A program made the position numbers and the translations under genes. A stretch of DNA of 64,000 nt from a virus, in UHGV virus genome UHGV-1373625; one strand, 5' to 3'. Below, in pieces: positions 27,561-38,807 of the stretch. Under the pieces are notes generated by a model that worked only from the letters and a program-made list of their open reading frames with translations, did no database searches and was not told where the DNA came from. Numbering within the stretch: position 1 is the first letter of the stretch; every line of letters starts with the position of its first letter.

Positions 27561-28136
27561 ATGGCTTTTAATGTACAACAACTCCCGCTCAAACTTCTCT
27601 CTGAAATTTCATTTCAAATAGAGACGGAGGGTGCGAAAGTCCTTACGGGCTTTTCTAATGCGCTCCGTCTTGAGATGATAAAAAATGCTAAAAGTATCCC
27701 CCTTTCCAAGAACCCTTGGTACGTAACGCCCAATGAAAATTTTAGAGAAACGCCATTTGTCCGTCCATCAAAAAGAATACCTAAAAAAGCTAAACTTGTT
27801 GACGCTGGAGCTTGGTATGCACATTTTCTTGAATACGGTACGGAGCCCCATGTTGTCAAGGGAAAAAGAAGTCCTAAAAAATGGATGCGATATGAAGACA
27901 AACTTGGCGTACCTCCCGGTATAGTATTCAGAGATCCAGCTACGAAAGAAATTATCAGATTTACGGAAAGAAGTAAAGTAGACGGAAAAGTCTACGTTTT
28001 TTCAAAAAAAGAAGAGCATGGCATTCCCGGTAAATCCACGCCAAACCCTTTTCAACCTGCGGGATATGTGCGTAAAACTGCGGACTCAGCCGAAAAAGTG
28101 CTTGAAAAATATTTGTCCACGGAAGAGGGATCTTAA
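27561..28136 (+). CDS. HK97 gp10-family tail component protein
   Basis: AGAWYAHFLEYGTEPH matches the gp10-family a.yA..vEfGT motif. ATG 27561 follows GGAGGTG. The ORF opens at 27549. Confidence 0.5.
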   Translation: MAFNVQQLPLKLLSEISFQIETEGAKVLTGFSNALRLEMIKNAKSIPLSKNPWYVTPNENFRETPFVRPSKRIPKKAKLVDAGAWYAHFLEYGTEPHVVKGKRSPKKWMRYEDKLGVPPGIVFRDPATKEIIRFTERSKVDGKVYVFSKKEEHGIPGKSTPNPFQPAGYVRKTADSAEKVLEKYLSTEEGS

Positions 28137-31100
28137 TGGCGACTAAAAGACTCACACGGCTAGTTATTCCGGTGGAGCTTGACGATAGTAAAACAGCAAG
28201 CACTCTCACCAATCTTAAAGAAGTAATCACTCAAACAAGCCAGCAAATTTCTCGGAGCATGGAGAAAGCCCTGCCCGTTGCTGATATTACTAATGCTTCT
28301 ATAAATATTATCAGGTCAATCGGAAGTATTCAAGCGTCCGCCAAAACCGCCGCCGCAGGAATTAAAAGTGAGACTGATAAAATTGGGAACGCTCTGCAAG
28401 GTGCTTTCGGCGTAGATGCGACGAAAGCGTCTTCTATGATGCAAAAATTCCTTGAGATGCGCGGTGTTGAAAGGGCGGTAACTCAGTTAAAACGGATGCA
28501 GCGTGAGTATGGGCTTACATCCGCCGAAGCTATTGAGTTTGCGAAAAGCATCAATGCGTCTGACGAGGTTCTTCGTCGATTTGCTGACACTCAGGAACGC
28601 ACAAAACAGGGTGGTAGAGGCGTTTCCGGGCTTCTTACGCCGTATTCCCTTACTTCTGGTGTTCAAGCCGCAGCGGGCGCTGTAGGTGTTTCTTTCGGTA
28701 TGTACGGAATGGTCGAGCTTACCAAGTCCGTATTTAACGCTACCACCGCTCTTGATAGCTTACAGCTTTCTTTCAAGTCGATTTACGGAGAATCCGCAGT
28801 AGCCGAGCAATCCCTCGGATTTGTACGTAAAGTAAGTGATGAACTTGGATTGTCTTTTATCGACACTGCGCAAGCTGCAAAAGCTCTGTTCGCTTCCGCG
28901 AAAGGCACTGTCTTAGAAAACGACGCTCAGATGATTTTTAAAAGCTTCTCCCAGATGGGCGTTGCGCTTAAACTCACTGGCGAACAGATGGATTCCGTGT
29001 TCCTCGCTATCTCTCAGATGATTTCTAAGGGTAAGGTCAGCACGGAAGAACTTAGATTACAGCTTTCTGAAAGAATGCCCGGTGCAGTGAATCTTTTTGC
29101 GAAAGCTATTGGAGTGACCACAAAACAACTTGACGATATGCTCCAAAAAGGCGAAGTTGGACTTGAACATCTTCGTACCTTTGCGGAAGAAGTCGGAAAG
29201 ACGTATGCTAAGGGAGCGGAAGAAGCTTCTCACGGTTTACAAGCCGAGCTTAACAGGTTGGCTACTGCATGGTTTGACCTCAAATCCGCAATGATGGATT
29301 CCGAGGGCGCGGCAGCTTTTATTCGTGTACTTACGGAAATTACGAAATTCATTGGGCAGAACATTGATTCAATAATGAATTTCGTAAAGTGGCTTGGAAT
29401 CGTATATGCGACGCTTAAAGTCACTACGGCTTTCGGTGTTGCGGTAGATGCGCTCAAGAATCTCAGAACTGCTTTCACGCTGACAGGAGTAGCCGCAGCA
29501 GAAGCGTCCGGCATAATGAAAGCCGCGCAAGCCGTAATCGCTAAATTCGCACTTGCTTTTAACGCCAATCCTATCGCACTTACTGTCACCGCGCTAGTCG
29601 CTGTAGGTACTGCGGCATACGCTCTTAGCAACCAGATGTCTGACTCCGAAAAGTTTATTTCCGGATATGCCAAGAGCTTCGACGAGATTGCCAGTAAGTC
29701 TGAAAAGGCTGCGGCAAGCCAGAACAATCTTTCAAATTCCAATAAACGACTCCAAGAACAATATCTTAGCGGTGAATACGTAAAGCGCCAGATGGACTTT
29801 ATCCAAGCCCTTCAAGAGCTTCCTAACGTATTCTCTTCTACTAAGGTGATTAGTTTTTTTGATTCCATACTCGGGCCTCTTTCCGATACTGATTCAGAAG
29901 CTCTCTTTACATTAAGAAGTCAAGCCGTTAAGCTTGCTAAAGAGACTCGTGATGCTATTGATAAAGCATTAAACGAAGAAACCGACCCGAAAGCCAGAGA
30001 TGAAATGATTAAGAACACTCTTGATCGTTTCAAGATCATGTTCCGTACTATCAAAGATGGCATGAAAGAAGCTGGTGCATCTGACGAAGTTATTAAGCAA
30101 TGGGACAATTTCGGTGGGGCCATTCTCAATGCGAAAGATACCGCAGATGCAGCTAAAGCGGCGTTGGAAGCGCTCACCGGAGAAGCGAACAAAAGCGGAA
30201 ACAGCATAGCTAAATTCGCGGAAGCCTATGAAGCTATTCGTAAAGGAACAAAGACCACAGAATTTGGCAAGCAGCTTGCCGGGCAGGAAGACTTCGAGGC
30301 TCAAATTCGCGGACTTCTCCAGATGTCCGAAGCTCAAGAGCAACTAGAGAGCAAGACTCGGAATCTCCTCGCAGCATATACCGAACAGCAGAACGCCAAT
30401 ACTTTGACCGAAGAAAAGATGAGAGAGCTTGAATCAGCTTTTGATTCTATGTCTAGTCAGTCCGGTCAACTTGACAATGCTTTCCGGCTTGTAGCTGAGG
30501 CGGCAGTATCCTCTGGAGCGGATGCTTCTACTCTCGATTCAATTATCGAAAAGCTTGGAGAAACTTTCCATCTTTCCGCTCAAGATATTGATGAGTTTAA
30601 AGCAAAATTAAATTCCGCGTTATCTATTTCGGCTATTGAATCCGTAAATAGAGAAATATCGAAAATTGAGGGAAAGCTCGAATTAGTTGGTAAAAAAGGA
30701 GCTTCTTCTGCTCTTGAAAAATTGATGTCTTTTAAAGAGATTGGGAAAAATCAAGGTAAAGAGCTGGCAAAAGCTATTGAATCCGGAGATTTTTCTAATA
30801 TCGTAGACCTTTATGGGAATAAGATAGCAAAAGAAACAGCAGATAAGTATAAACTCCTTGTTGAAAAGCAAGAAGCCCTTATCGCTGCGGAAGATGCTAA
30901 TCGAGAAGCAAAACGAGCTGCAAAGAAAAAGCCTAAGAAAATCCCTGAATTTGATATTGAGGGGTTTGATGTTCGCGTACAGAAGTTGTTTGGAACTGAA
31001 ACGAACTTCGCAAAAATTGTTGAAGCCGAAATTGAAAAACTAAACGCTTCACTGGCTACGCATCAGCTTGATATTAAAAAAGTCGCAGAAATCTATAAAG

Positions 31101-32239
31101 ATGAGCTTCCTAATGGACTGCATTCCGTTGCCGAAGCGCAAGAATTCCTGAGCAACAAGCTCAAAGAAGGATTGTTCGCCAAGCAAGCGGAAAAAGAAAA
31201 GAAAGCCGTCGATGATCTTCGTGAAAAATTGATGGACTTTGAAAGGGCTTATTCTGAAATCGTTTCGGGCGATAAGGGTGAAGCCGCACTTAAATCCTAT
31301 GAAAAGCAATCTAAGCAATGGAAAGACACTGCTGAGAAGCTCTATAGGTCTATATCTAATTCCGCATTTTCTTCCGCAGAAGAAAGAATTGCTGCTGAAC
31401 AAGAATATGCTGATACGGTTGCTCGTATTGATGAATGGATGGCGGAACAAAGAATCCGTACGTCTGGTGGTGTTTTAGATAATCTGAAACTCGGTATCAA
31501 AGATTATTATGACCAGCATAAGAACTATGCTCTTGGATTGGGTGAAGTAGTAACCTCTACCACAGATAGCATGGCAGCCGCCTTATCTGATTTTGTGGTA
31601 GGAGGTATGCGAGACTTTAAGTCCTTCGGAGAGGCATTTGACAGCTTGGTTAATGACATGATCAGAAGCCTGTCAAAATTGCTTGCGCAACAGCTTATGT
31701 CTGGCATCCTCCAATCCGCGCTTGGCCTCTTCACCGGAGGTATTGGCGGTGGTGGAGGTGGTGCTGATAATGCGGTTTCATTCTCATCTTGGTTCGGCGG
31801 TATTAATAGAAAAGCCAATGGTGGCGTGATGACTGGAATTTCTGGTCATAGCAATTCGATAGTAACTTCACCGACTCTTTTCTCTTACGGAAAAGAAATC
31901 AGCCAGTATGCCAATGGTGCTGGATTGATGGGAGAAGCTGGACCCGAAGCTATTATGCCTTTGACGAGAACAAGCTCAGGTAAACTCGGCGTCATTTCCA
32001 AACGAGAAAATGAGTCGAGCCGACCCACATCTTCTTCATCTTCCGAGGTGTTTGTAAATGTTTATAACTCTACTGGTCAAAAGGCGCAAACCAAACAAAC
32101 TCAGAATGCAAATGGGTCAAAAAGCATAGATGTTATAATTGGTGATGTCGCTGCACAGCAGATGCTTACTCCCGGCACCAAAGCCAATTACGCCATTAGA
32201 ACACAAACCGGGGCTACTCCCCCGACGATTAAGCGGTGA
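28136..32239 (+). CDS. tail tape measure protein
   Basis: 1367 aa. It is alpha-helical and A/K/E-rich, and has a C-terminal Gly-rich GGIGGGGGGA segment. It follows the G/GT genes. Confidence 0.85.
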   Translation: MATKRLTRLVIPVELDDSKTASTLTNLKEVITQTSQQISRSMEKALPVADITNASINIIRSIGSIQASAKTAAAGIKSETDKIGNALQGAFGVDATKASSMMQKFLEMRGVERAVTQLKRMQREYGLTSAEAIEFAKSINASDEVLRRFADTQERTKQGGRGVSGLLTPYSLTSGVQAAAGAVGVSFGMYGMVELTKSVFNATTALDSLQLSFKSIYGESAVAEQSLGFVRKVSDELGLSFIDTAQAAKALFASAKGTVLENDAQMIFKSFSQMGVALKLTGEQMDSVFLAISQMISKGKVSTEELRLQLSERMPGAVNLFAKAIGVTTKQLDDMLQKGEVGLEHLRTFAEEVGKTYAKGAEEASHGLQAELNRLATAWFDLKSAMMDSEGAAAFIRVLTEITKFIGQNIDSIMNFVKWLGIVYATLKVTTAFGVAVDALKNLRTAFTLTGVAAAEASGIMKAAQAVIAKFALAFNANPIALTVTALVAVGTAAYALSNQMSDSEKFISGYAKSFDEIASKSEKAAASQNNLSNSNKRLQEQYLSGEYVKRQMDFIQALQELPNVFSSTKVISFFDSILGPLSDTDSEALFTLRSQAVKLAKETRDAIDKALNEETDPKARDEMIKNTLDRFKIMFRTIKDGMKEAGASDEVIKQWDNFGGAILNAKDTADAAKAALEALTGEANKSGNSIAKFAEAYEAIRKGTKTTEFGKQLAGQEDFEAQIRGLLQMSEAQEQLESKTRNLLAAYTEQQNANTLTEEKMRELESAFDSMSSQSGQLDNAFRLVAEAAVSSGADASTLDSIIEKLGETFHLSAQDIDEFKAKLNSALSISAIESVNREISKIEGKLELVGKKGASSALEKLMSFKEIGKNQGKELAKAIESGDFSNIVDLYGNKIAKETADKYKLLVEKQEALIAAEDANREAKRAAKKKPKKIPEFDIEGFDVRVQKLFGTETNFAKIVEAEIEKLNASLATHQLDIKKVAEIYKDELPNGLHSVAEAQEFLSNKLKEGLFAKQAEKEKKAVDDLREKLMDFERAYSEIVSGDKGEAALKSYEKQSKQWKDTAEKLYRSISNSAFSSAEERIAAEQEYADTVARIDEWMAEQRIRTSGGVLDNLKLGIKDYYDQHKNYALGLGEVVTSTTDSMAAALSDFVVGGMRDFKSFGEAFDSLVNDMIRSLSKLLAQQLMSGILQSALGLFTGGIGGGGGGADNAVSFSSWFGGINRKANGGVMTGISGHSNSIVTSPTLFSYGKEISQYANGAGLMGEAGPEAIMPLTRTSSGKLGVISKRENESSRPTSSSSSEVFVNVYNSTGQKAQTKQTQNANGSKSIDVIIGDVAAQQMLTPGTKANYAIRTQTGATPPTIKR

Positions 32240-32243
32240 TTAT

Positions 32244-32630
32244 ATGAGCATTATTTGGCCCGCAGATCTTCCTCAAGTACCCTTCGCAGACGGAGGGTAC
32301 TCCGAATCAATGCCGTCCAACCTTCTTGTGTCTACTATGGATACAGGTCCGAGTAAAGTTAGACGGAGGGGAAGCGCGACTCCCGGAAAAATGAATGTAT
32401 CTTTTAAAATGACTACGGCAGCTACTAAAAAATTAGAAACCTTTATCCGAACAATTCTTGGCGGTGGGGCAAAAGCCTTTGAATTTCCTCATCCTAGACT
32501 TGACAAAAACGTAAAAGTACGTATAATGCCGAAGTCGGACACGGAATTGTATGAAATAAATTTCATCGCTCCCGGCCTATGGAAAGTAGATTTTACCTTT
32601 GAGGTTTTTTACGATGCCCCTCTCGCCTAG
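32244..32630 (+). CDS. tail protein (hypothetical, distal tail component)
   Basis: ATG 32244 lies just after the TMP stop. The ORF opens at 32139. Confidence 0.4.
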   Translation: MSIIWPADLPQVPFADGGYSESMPSNLLVSTMDTGPSKVRRRGSATPGKMNVSFKMTTAATKKLETFIRTILGGGAKAFEFPHPRLDKNVKVRIMPKSDTELYEINFIAPGLWKVDFTFEVFYDAPLA

Positions 32631-33135
32631 TACGGTGGCGTCGATGATGGCGCAGGAAACGGATAACGCCGACATAGTTCTTTTGACAATTACGCATCCA
32701 AGCTGGACGGAACCTATTTATCTATCGTCCGACCCTACGGTTTTTCTCAGGAATGATACGGAAACTAATCTTCCTATCTACGGAACGATATCCCGTGGCA
32801 AAGAATTTCTTTATATTCCCATGAGAGCTATTGCCCCGGACTCTAGGCAAGAGACGCCTCCTGAATGCAAAATTTCAATCGACAATGTTTCGCGGTATAT
32901 AGCACCGTATCTTGTTAAAACAGATCGACGCACTCCTAAAGTAACTTTTGAAATAGTTACCACCGCTTTTCCGGATATTGTTGATACTGTGTATCCGGAA
33001 TTTGATTTATCTTCCGTAACAATCAACGCCCAAACTGTAGATGCCAGCATTTCCTTGAATACGGCTTCTCAAGAACCCGTGCCGTGGCTTAGATTTGTTC
33101 AAGCATATTTTTACAGTCTTTTTTATAACGGATAA
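32599..33135 (+). CDS. tail protein (hypothetical)
   Basis: 178-aa ORF. The start codon is uncertain (32599-32650). Confidence 0.4.
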   Translation: MRFFTMPLSPSTVASMMAQETDNADIVLLTITHPSWTEPIYLSSDPTVFLRNDTETNLPIYGTISRGKEFLYIPMRAIAPDSRQETPPECKISIDNVSRYIAPYLVKTDRRTPKVTFEIVTTAFPDIVDTVYPEFDLSSVTINAQTVDASISLNTASQEPVPWLRFVQAYFYSLFYNG

Positions 33136-33138
33136 AAC

Positions 33139-33558
33139 ATGAAAATGAGAGACAAGTTTTCAAAATACATAGGAATCCCTTTTGTGGATCACGGAATAAC
33201 TTCCGAAGGCTGTGATTGCTACGGCCTTGTGCTTCTCGTGTATAAAGAGGAGCTTGGCATTGATCTTCCGTGGCTCGGGGATTCCTATTCTCATGCGTAT
33301 CGTAGAAAAGACGTAAACTCCACGGTAAAAAAGAACATTGATCTTGGTTGCTATATAGACGTTACGAATGATCCTCGCAAACCTCTTGATATTATTATTT
33401 TTAGGACTGGAGGTCTTGAAACACATATCGGACTTTGGGTTGAGGATGGATGGCTTTTGGACATACTTGAAGGGGCGCATAGTACGATTCGTAGGTACGA
33501 TACGTCTGAATGGAAAAACAGAATTACGAGAATTTTGAGGCACGTAGATGCGCGGTAA
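33139..33558 (+). CDS. NlpC/P60-family tail-associated peptidase (gpK-like)
   Basis: The catalytic Cys sits in GCDCYGLV and the His in ETHIGLWVEDG. Confidence 0.65.
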   Translation: MKMRDKFSKYIGIPFVDHGITSEGCDCYGLVLLVYKEELGIDLPWLGDSYSHAYRRKDVNSTVKKNIDLGCYIDVTNDPRKPLDIIIFRTGGLETHIGLWVEDGWLLDILEGAHSTIRRYDTSEWKNRITRILRHVDAR

Positions 33559-36500
33559 AGCAATGAAAAAGCGAGCCTCTCGTAAAAGAGGGGAAATCAC
33601 AGTTCTTGGTCGGCATTGGGCAAGTTCGTCTCGTGTCTCGCTCACAGTCCAAGAAGGACAATCCCTTGAAAACATCATCACAGACTCCGTAAAAATTCTT
33701 CGGGCTAACCAAGCTATTACTCCCGCATATGCCGAATATCTAAAGAAGCATTGTGTTTGCCGTGTGGATTTTATCAATATCCCTAAAGAAAAATGGGCCG
33801 TCACCTATCCTGTGGATGGTCAGCGTGTCGAATTTTTCATTAAGCCCGGTAAAGGTGGCGGTAAAAATCCTTTTGCTACAATCCTTAACATTGTTGTAGC
33901 TGTCGCTGCTATCGCAGTGCCTGTACTTGCTCCGGCTTCATGGGGGTTGATGACAGCGGCGGGAGCCTTGACTTGGACTGGTGCCGCAGTAAGTTTTGGT
34001 ATCTTAACGGTTGGCTCACTCGCTGTCAATATGCTTTGCCCTCCTGCAACGCCTAAACTTAGCGGACCTAAATCTTCCGAAAAAGAATCTCCTACATATT
34101 CTATTTCCGGGGCAAGAAACGGAGCGAACCCATATGGTTTTGTTCCTCTTATCTTCGGAAGGAATAAGGTCACTCCTCCTTTGGCAGCGAAATCTTGGAC
34201 AAATATTGAATCGGATAAAACCTATTTCAATATGTGCGTTATCTGGGGGCACCCAGATATGTCCGTAAGAGATTTTAAAATTGGGGATACGCCTTTAGAA
34301 AACTTTAAAAATATTGACCACAGATTCCATCCTTCTACCACTGGTGAAGGGCTTGTCTATTTTGGCAAATCCTTTAATGAAGAAACCGTGGGGACTTTAA
34401 TCTCGAAAGAAGCTGGATATATTACTCGGACAATGGGAGAATGCGATACAATCAGCTTAGACATCACATTCTCCAAAGGGCTGACTTCCATCAATGAAAA
34501 AAATGGAGATAACTATGATCGTACCGTTGAGTTTGAAGCTGAATATAAATTAAAGAATGATACGGTATGGAAAGGACTTGTCGGGGGGTCATTCCCTATT
34601 CGTGGGACATCTATCGAGCTTAAAAGAAAAACTGGCTTTTATTTAAACGTCGGAAGAAACTCTATTGTCTATAGTGATTTTTCTGGTAATATCAATATGG
34701 CTGATGGAGAAACAGCTCCAGTTAATACCGTTCCATTAGCAAAAGTTATTCTTGTATCAACTCCTCATTATGAAGAGGATGACGATGGGAGAATGCACAC
34801 ATCATATACATATTCATATACTTGCGAAGACTTGCGGGTAAGTTCTGTATCCGGTGCCGCTCCATATATTAATGAAGTAAAACATTATACGAAAAAATGC
34901 GGATATGGACTTGGAAGCAGATGGGGATATACTTGCGTCGAAGTTTATGATTATTCGACTTATGAAATTGTCATTCCTGACCAATATGTGAATGGCATTA
35001 ACAAATTTGCCATCTCTGGACAGCAATTAAAGCCCTTGACCCGTACTTATACTGTGAATGTTCCTCACGGAGATTACGATGTTCGTATTCGAAGACTTAC
35101 TGATGATAATTCAAATAAGTATATCTATGATGAAGCTACGTGGGCGACGAAAAGGTCTATTGTAAATCGTCAATCTTTTTCAACTCCTGTTCCCGTATGT
35201 GTTTCGGAATTGCGTATTCAGGCATCGGAACAGCTCTCCGGATATGTCGATAACTTTAATGCTATTTGCACGGCATTGATTCCAGACTTTAACACTAGCA
35301 ATAATACGTGGGAATGGAGGGAAACGAGAAATCCTGCATCTGCTTATAGGTATGTATTGACATCCCGTCATGCTTTAAATTCTCCTTATACGGAAGACAA
35401 GCTTGACGAACCAACGCTACGTGAGTTTCATAAGTATTGTACCCGAATGGGGTGGACTTTCGATTTTGTTTGTGATACAGAAGAGAATCTGTGGTCACGT
35501 CTTACTCAGATCGCTGCGGCAGCGCGTGCTTCCGTAACCACAGAAATAGATGGAAAATATGGTGTGGTGATTGACGATAAGAATAAAACTCCTGTGCAGC
35601 AATTCAATCAGCGTAATAGTTGGGGATTCAGCATGGAGAAACTTTTTCCTAACGTCCCTCATGCTCTTAGAATCAAATTTGTTAATAGTGAAAATAATTT
35701 CCTGCAATCGGAAGATTTCTGCTATGCGGACGGATTTGATAAAAACAATGCTACGGATATTCAAGAAATCGATTTTCCCGGCATTACTACGTGGACAAAT
35801 AACTGGAAGCAAGGAAGATATCATTTAGCATCACAACTTCTTCGTCCTTTAAGCGTTACAATTAATGCTGACTGGGAACACAGGATGTGTCATCGTGGAG
35901 ACGTTATTGAAATTTTCCATGACGTTCTCATGAACACTTTCGGAGCGGCACGTGTTGTAGGATTGATTTATCGGGATACAGGTGGTACGGAATATATTAT
36001 TTACGAAAATTCCGAAAGGCCCATTGATACTCCCGCCGTAGGTGTCGTTCTTGATGATTCCATTGTCTTTAGCGAACGTGATGTTATTTACGGTATTGCA
36101 ATTAGAAATCCATATGGAAAAACTGTTACTTATCAAATTCAACCACAATTTGGAGAGGAACATTCCCATATTTATTTTACTTTTGCAATAACATATGCTA
36201 CTACTCCCTATATTGGAGATTTAGCTAGCGTATCATTAATGGGTGAAGCGAATGATAAATACCTTGTAACTCAGATTGCGCCCGCCGAAAATTCCTCGGC
36301 TGAAATTAAGGCGATTCCGTATTCTCCCGAAGTCCTCGACGCGGATAAAGGAGAAATTCCTCCTTGGAATCCTCCTATTATTATTGACAAGCTACCTACT
36401 TATACTATTCCCAATCCTACCATTACACAGATAATTTCCGATGAGTCCATGCTCGTTAAGATTGGGCAGAATATCATTCCTCAGGTTGGTATCTGGTTTA

Positions 36501-38788
36501 AGGTTGGAGATGGAACCTCGTTAGATTGTGTGGTTTACGCCCGTGCAAAGAAAACGCAAGAAGCAGCTTGGGGCAATACCGTTCGAACTTCCGTATCCGA
36601 AGGATATGTCGTCATCTCGAATATGGAGTCTGGCGAGCTATATGACTTGTCTATCCAAGTTACCGATCCTGTACGGGGAATTAGCAGTGATTGGATAACT
36701 CAAACCGGATATTTCGTTATTGGAAAAACCGCGCCACCTCCTGATGTGGACGGCGTTACCGCTGAGCTTCTTCCTCCGTCCGGGGTAAAAATCAGTTGGA
36801 ATCCTGTAGCTACTCTTGATATAGATTACTATGCTGTGCAAGGGGACATTACAGGGAAAACGATTGACACGAGTATCATACTTCCCGTCCCAAATAAATT
36901 CGGCACATTGAATATGACAGTTAGCGCAGTAGATACGCTTGGAAATTTTTCCTTGAATCCTGCCCCCGTTTCTGTTACTATTCAAAAACCTAAAAACCCT
37001 GTCATTAAAACGGAAGTCACTATTGATGGCCTTAAATTGAGTTGGACAGATTGTACAACTTCTTGGCCTATCAAGAATTATGAAGTTCATGATGAATATA
37101 TGTCAAGAACGGAATTTTCTAATGTGACTTCAATATATGTGTCGCCAAGACCTGTAGGTAGGTATAAATTTACAGTGAAAGCGATAGATATTTTTGGAAA
37201 TGAATCTAATGCTGTTCCTACATTTATTGAAGTGGATCTTCTCGGGAGGGTCCAGCCGACAGCAAGAATTGATGGCGCTGATATTCTGTTAGAATGGCCT
37301 ATTACTCCGTCCGCATTCCCCATAGATGAATTCGAAATCGTTGAAGGGGATTTCACTCCGGTAGGTAGAGCGAAAGTCAACTATTTCCGAGTTCCTGCGG
37401 GAGCTGTCGGGTTTCATGAATGGAAAATCCGAGCACGAGATATCGTCGGTAACTATGGAGATTGGGGTGAAGTTTCTATCGAGATTAAAGCCGCCGCAGC
37501 ACCAACTGTAAAAGCGACAATTCAAGAAGATAAAATCCTTATTTCTTGGGTAGCGCCTTCAACAATCAATTTACCAATAACTGAATACGAGATAGAAAAT
37601 AGTACAACAGGAGAATCTTTCGGAAGGATTAATGCGACACAGATAGTCGTACCTCCTGAAAAAACCGGAAACCACATTTTCAGGGTTCGTAGTTGGGATA
37701 CTGGAGGAAATGCTGGAGCATGGGGTCAAACGAGTTTCCGAGTCGAAGCTCCCGGCAGAGTTTATATAACTCCTACCGTCATCGACAATAACGCGCTTCT
37801 TGTTTGGACTGAACCTTCCACGGTATTCTTCCCAATTCATCATTATGAAGTACTTCGTGGAGACGAATTGGAATACGCGGAACTTATTTTCAATGTCAAC
37901 GCTTTAATCGTCAATATCTTTGAAGCTGTATCCGGGAATTATACATATTGGGTTGTTCCGGTAGACGTAGCCGGAAATAAAGGCGCAGCATCACCTATCA
38001 CCTGTGTTATTTCTCAACCTCCTGATTATGTTCTTTTCTACGATTGGGATTCTGTTTTCTCTGGAACACGTCATAATTTTATTCTTGACGGCGTTGGTGG
38101 GATGATTGGCCCTATCGTAAACGAGAATGAAACGTGGGCACAAAATATCGCACGATTTGGTGGAACTACTGCGGCATCCACATGGAAAAACAAGGTGGAC
38201 ATTGCCGGACCCACTTGGATGGAACCAGCAGGTTCAGAGGGATGGTATCAAGAAGAATTTGATTATGGACAAATCATGCAGTCCATCAGGCTTGCTGTTA
38301 CCCCCACTATTCAAGTTCTTTCCGGAACACCCTTATATTCGATAAAGATTGAATATAAAATAGATAAGAGTGATCCGTGGGAATTGGCTACCGAAAATGC
38401 TACGCAGGCCTTTTTGCAAAGATTCCGGTATATCCGATTTACGCTTAGTATGCTTCCGGGTTCCAAAGGACTTATCCGAGTATCCGAATTAAACCTTAAA
38501 TTCGATGTTAGGATTCGAAATGACTCTGGCGTCGCACTAGCTGAGGCAAATACGAACGGCCCCGAATGGCCCGAAAATAAAGATGATACTGGAAACTTGG
38601 TGAATTTCTCAATGCCATTCCTTGACATATGGGAAGTTACGGCTGCACCTGAAAGTGAAGACGCGGGATTGGTCGCCTTGGTTTCTTTCCAAGACATTCC
38701 TTCTCCCAAGTTTTTCAGAGTGTCTCTTTTCAATAATAAAGGTGTCCGTACTACCGGAAACGTAGTATGGAAAGCAGTAGGAATATAA
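33548..38788 (+). CDS. large tail tip / host specificity protein (gpJ-like) with fibronectin-III-like repeats
   Basis: 1746 aa. An N-terminal hydrophobic segment is present. The C-terminal half carries multiple roughly 90-aa W.P..........Y.V repeats. Confidence 0.6.
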   Translation: MRGKAMKKRASRKRGEITVLGRHWASSSRVSLTVQEGQSLENIITDSVKILRANQAITPAYAEYLKKHCVCRVDFINIPKEKWAVTYPVDGQRVEFFIKPGKGGGKNPFATILNIVVAVAAIAVPVLAPASWGLMTAAGALTWTGAAVSFGILTVGSLAVNMLCPPATPKLSGPKSSEKESPTYSISGARNGANPYGFVPLIFGRNKVTPPLAAKSWTNIESDKTYFNMCVIWGHPDMSVRDFKIGDTPLENFKNIDHRFHPSTTGEGLVYFGKSFNEETVGTLISKEAGYITRTMGECDTISLDITFSKGLTSINEKNGDNYDRTVEFEAEYKLKNDTVWKGLVGGSFPIRGTSIELKRKTGFYLNVGRNSIVYSDFSGNINMADGETAPVNTVPLAKVILVSTPHYEEDDDGRMHTSYTYSYTCEDLRVSSVSGAAPYINEVKHYTKKCGYGLGSRWGYTCVEVYDYSTYEIVIPDQYVNGINKFAISGQQLKPLTRTYTVNVPHGDYDVRIRRLTDDNSNKYIYDEATWATKRSIVNRQSFSTPVPVCVSELRIQASEQLSGYVDNFNAICTALIPDFNTSNNTWEWRETRNPASAYRYVLTSRHALNSPYTEDKLDEPTLREFHKYCTRMGWTFDFVCDTEENLWSRLTQIAAAARASVTTEIDGKYGVVIDDKNKTPVQQFNQRNSWGFSMEKLFPNVPHALRIKFVNSENNFLQSEDFCYADGFDKNNATDIQEIDFPGITTWTNNWKQGRYHLASQLLRPLSVTINADWEHRMCHRGDVIEIFHDVLMNTFGAARVVGLIYRDTGGTEYIIYENSERPIDTPAVGVVLDDSIVFSERDVIYGIAIRNPYGKTVTYQIQPQFGEEHSHIYFTFAITYATTPYIGDLASVSLMGEANDKYLVTQIAPAENSSAEIKAIPYSPEVLDADKGEIPPWNPPIIIDKLPTYTIPNPTITQIISDESMLVKIGQNIIPQVGIWFKVGDGTSLDCVVYARAKKTQEAAWGNTVRTSVSEGYVVISNMESGELYDLSIQVTDPVRGISSDWITQTGYFVIGKTAPPPDVDGVTAELLPPSGVKISWNPVATLDIDYYAVQGDITGKTIDTSIILPVPNKFGTLNMTVSAVDTLGNFSLNPAPVSVTIQKPKNPVIKTEVTIDGLKLSWTDCTTSWPIKNYEVHDEYMSRTEFSNVTSIYVSPRPVGRYKFTVKAIDIFGNESNAVPTFIEVDLLGRVQPTARIDGADILLEWPITPSAFPIDEFEIVEGDFTPVGRAKVNYFRVPAGAVGFHEWKIRARDIVGNYGDWGEVSIEIKAAAAPTVKATIQEDKILISWVAPSTINLPITEYEIENSTTGESFGRINATQIVVPPEKTGNHIFRVRSWDTGGNAGAWGQTSFRVEAPGRVYITPTVIDNNALLVWTEPSTVFFPIHHYEVLRGDELEYAELIFNVNALIVNIFEAVSGNYTYWVVPVDVAGNKGAASPITCVISQPPDYVLFYDWDSVFSGTRHNFILDGVGGMIGPIVNENETWAQNIARFGGTTAASTWKNKVDIAGPTWMEPAGSEGWYQEEFDYGQIMQSIRLAVTPTIQVLSGTPLYSIKIEYKIDKSDPWELATENATQAFLQRFRYIRFTLSMLPGSKGLIRVSELNLKFDVRIRNDSGVALAEANTNGPEWPENKDDTGNLVNFSMPFLDIWEVTAAPESEDAGLVALVSFQDIPSPKFFRVSLFNNKGVRTTGNVVWKAVGI

Positions 38789-38807
38789 AAAATGGAGATC
38801 TCCCGAA

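Noticed and set aside
28503-31818. Numerous ORFs on both strands inside the tape-measure gene (e.g. 29230-29742, 29969-30343, 31049-31450)
   Set aside because: They are embedded in a long, clearly coding A/K/E-rich TMP reading frame. These are typical spurious ORFs.
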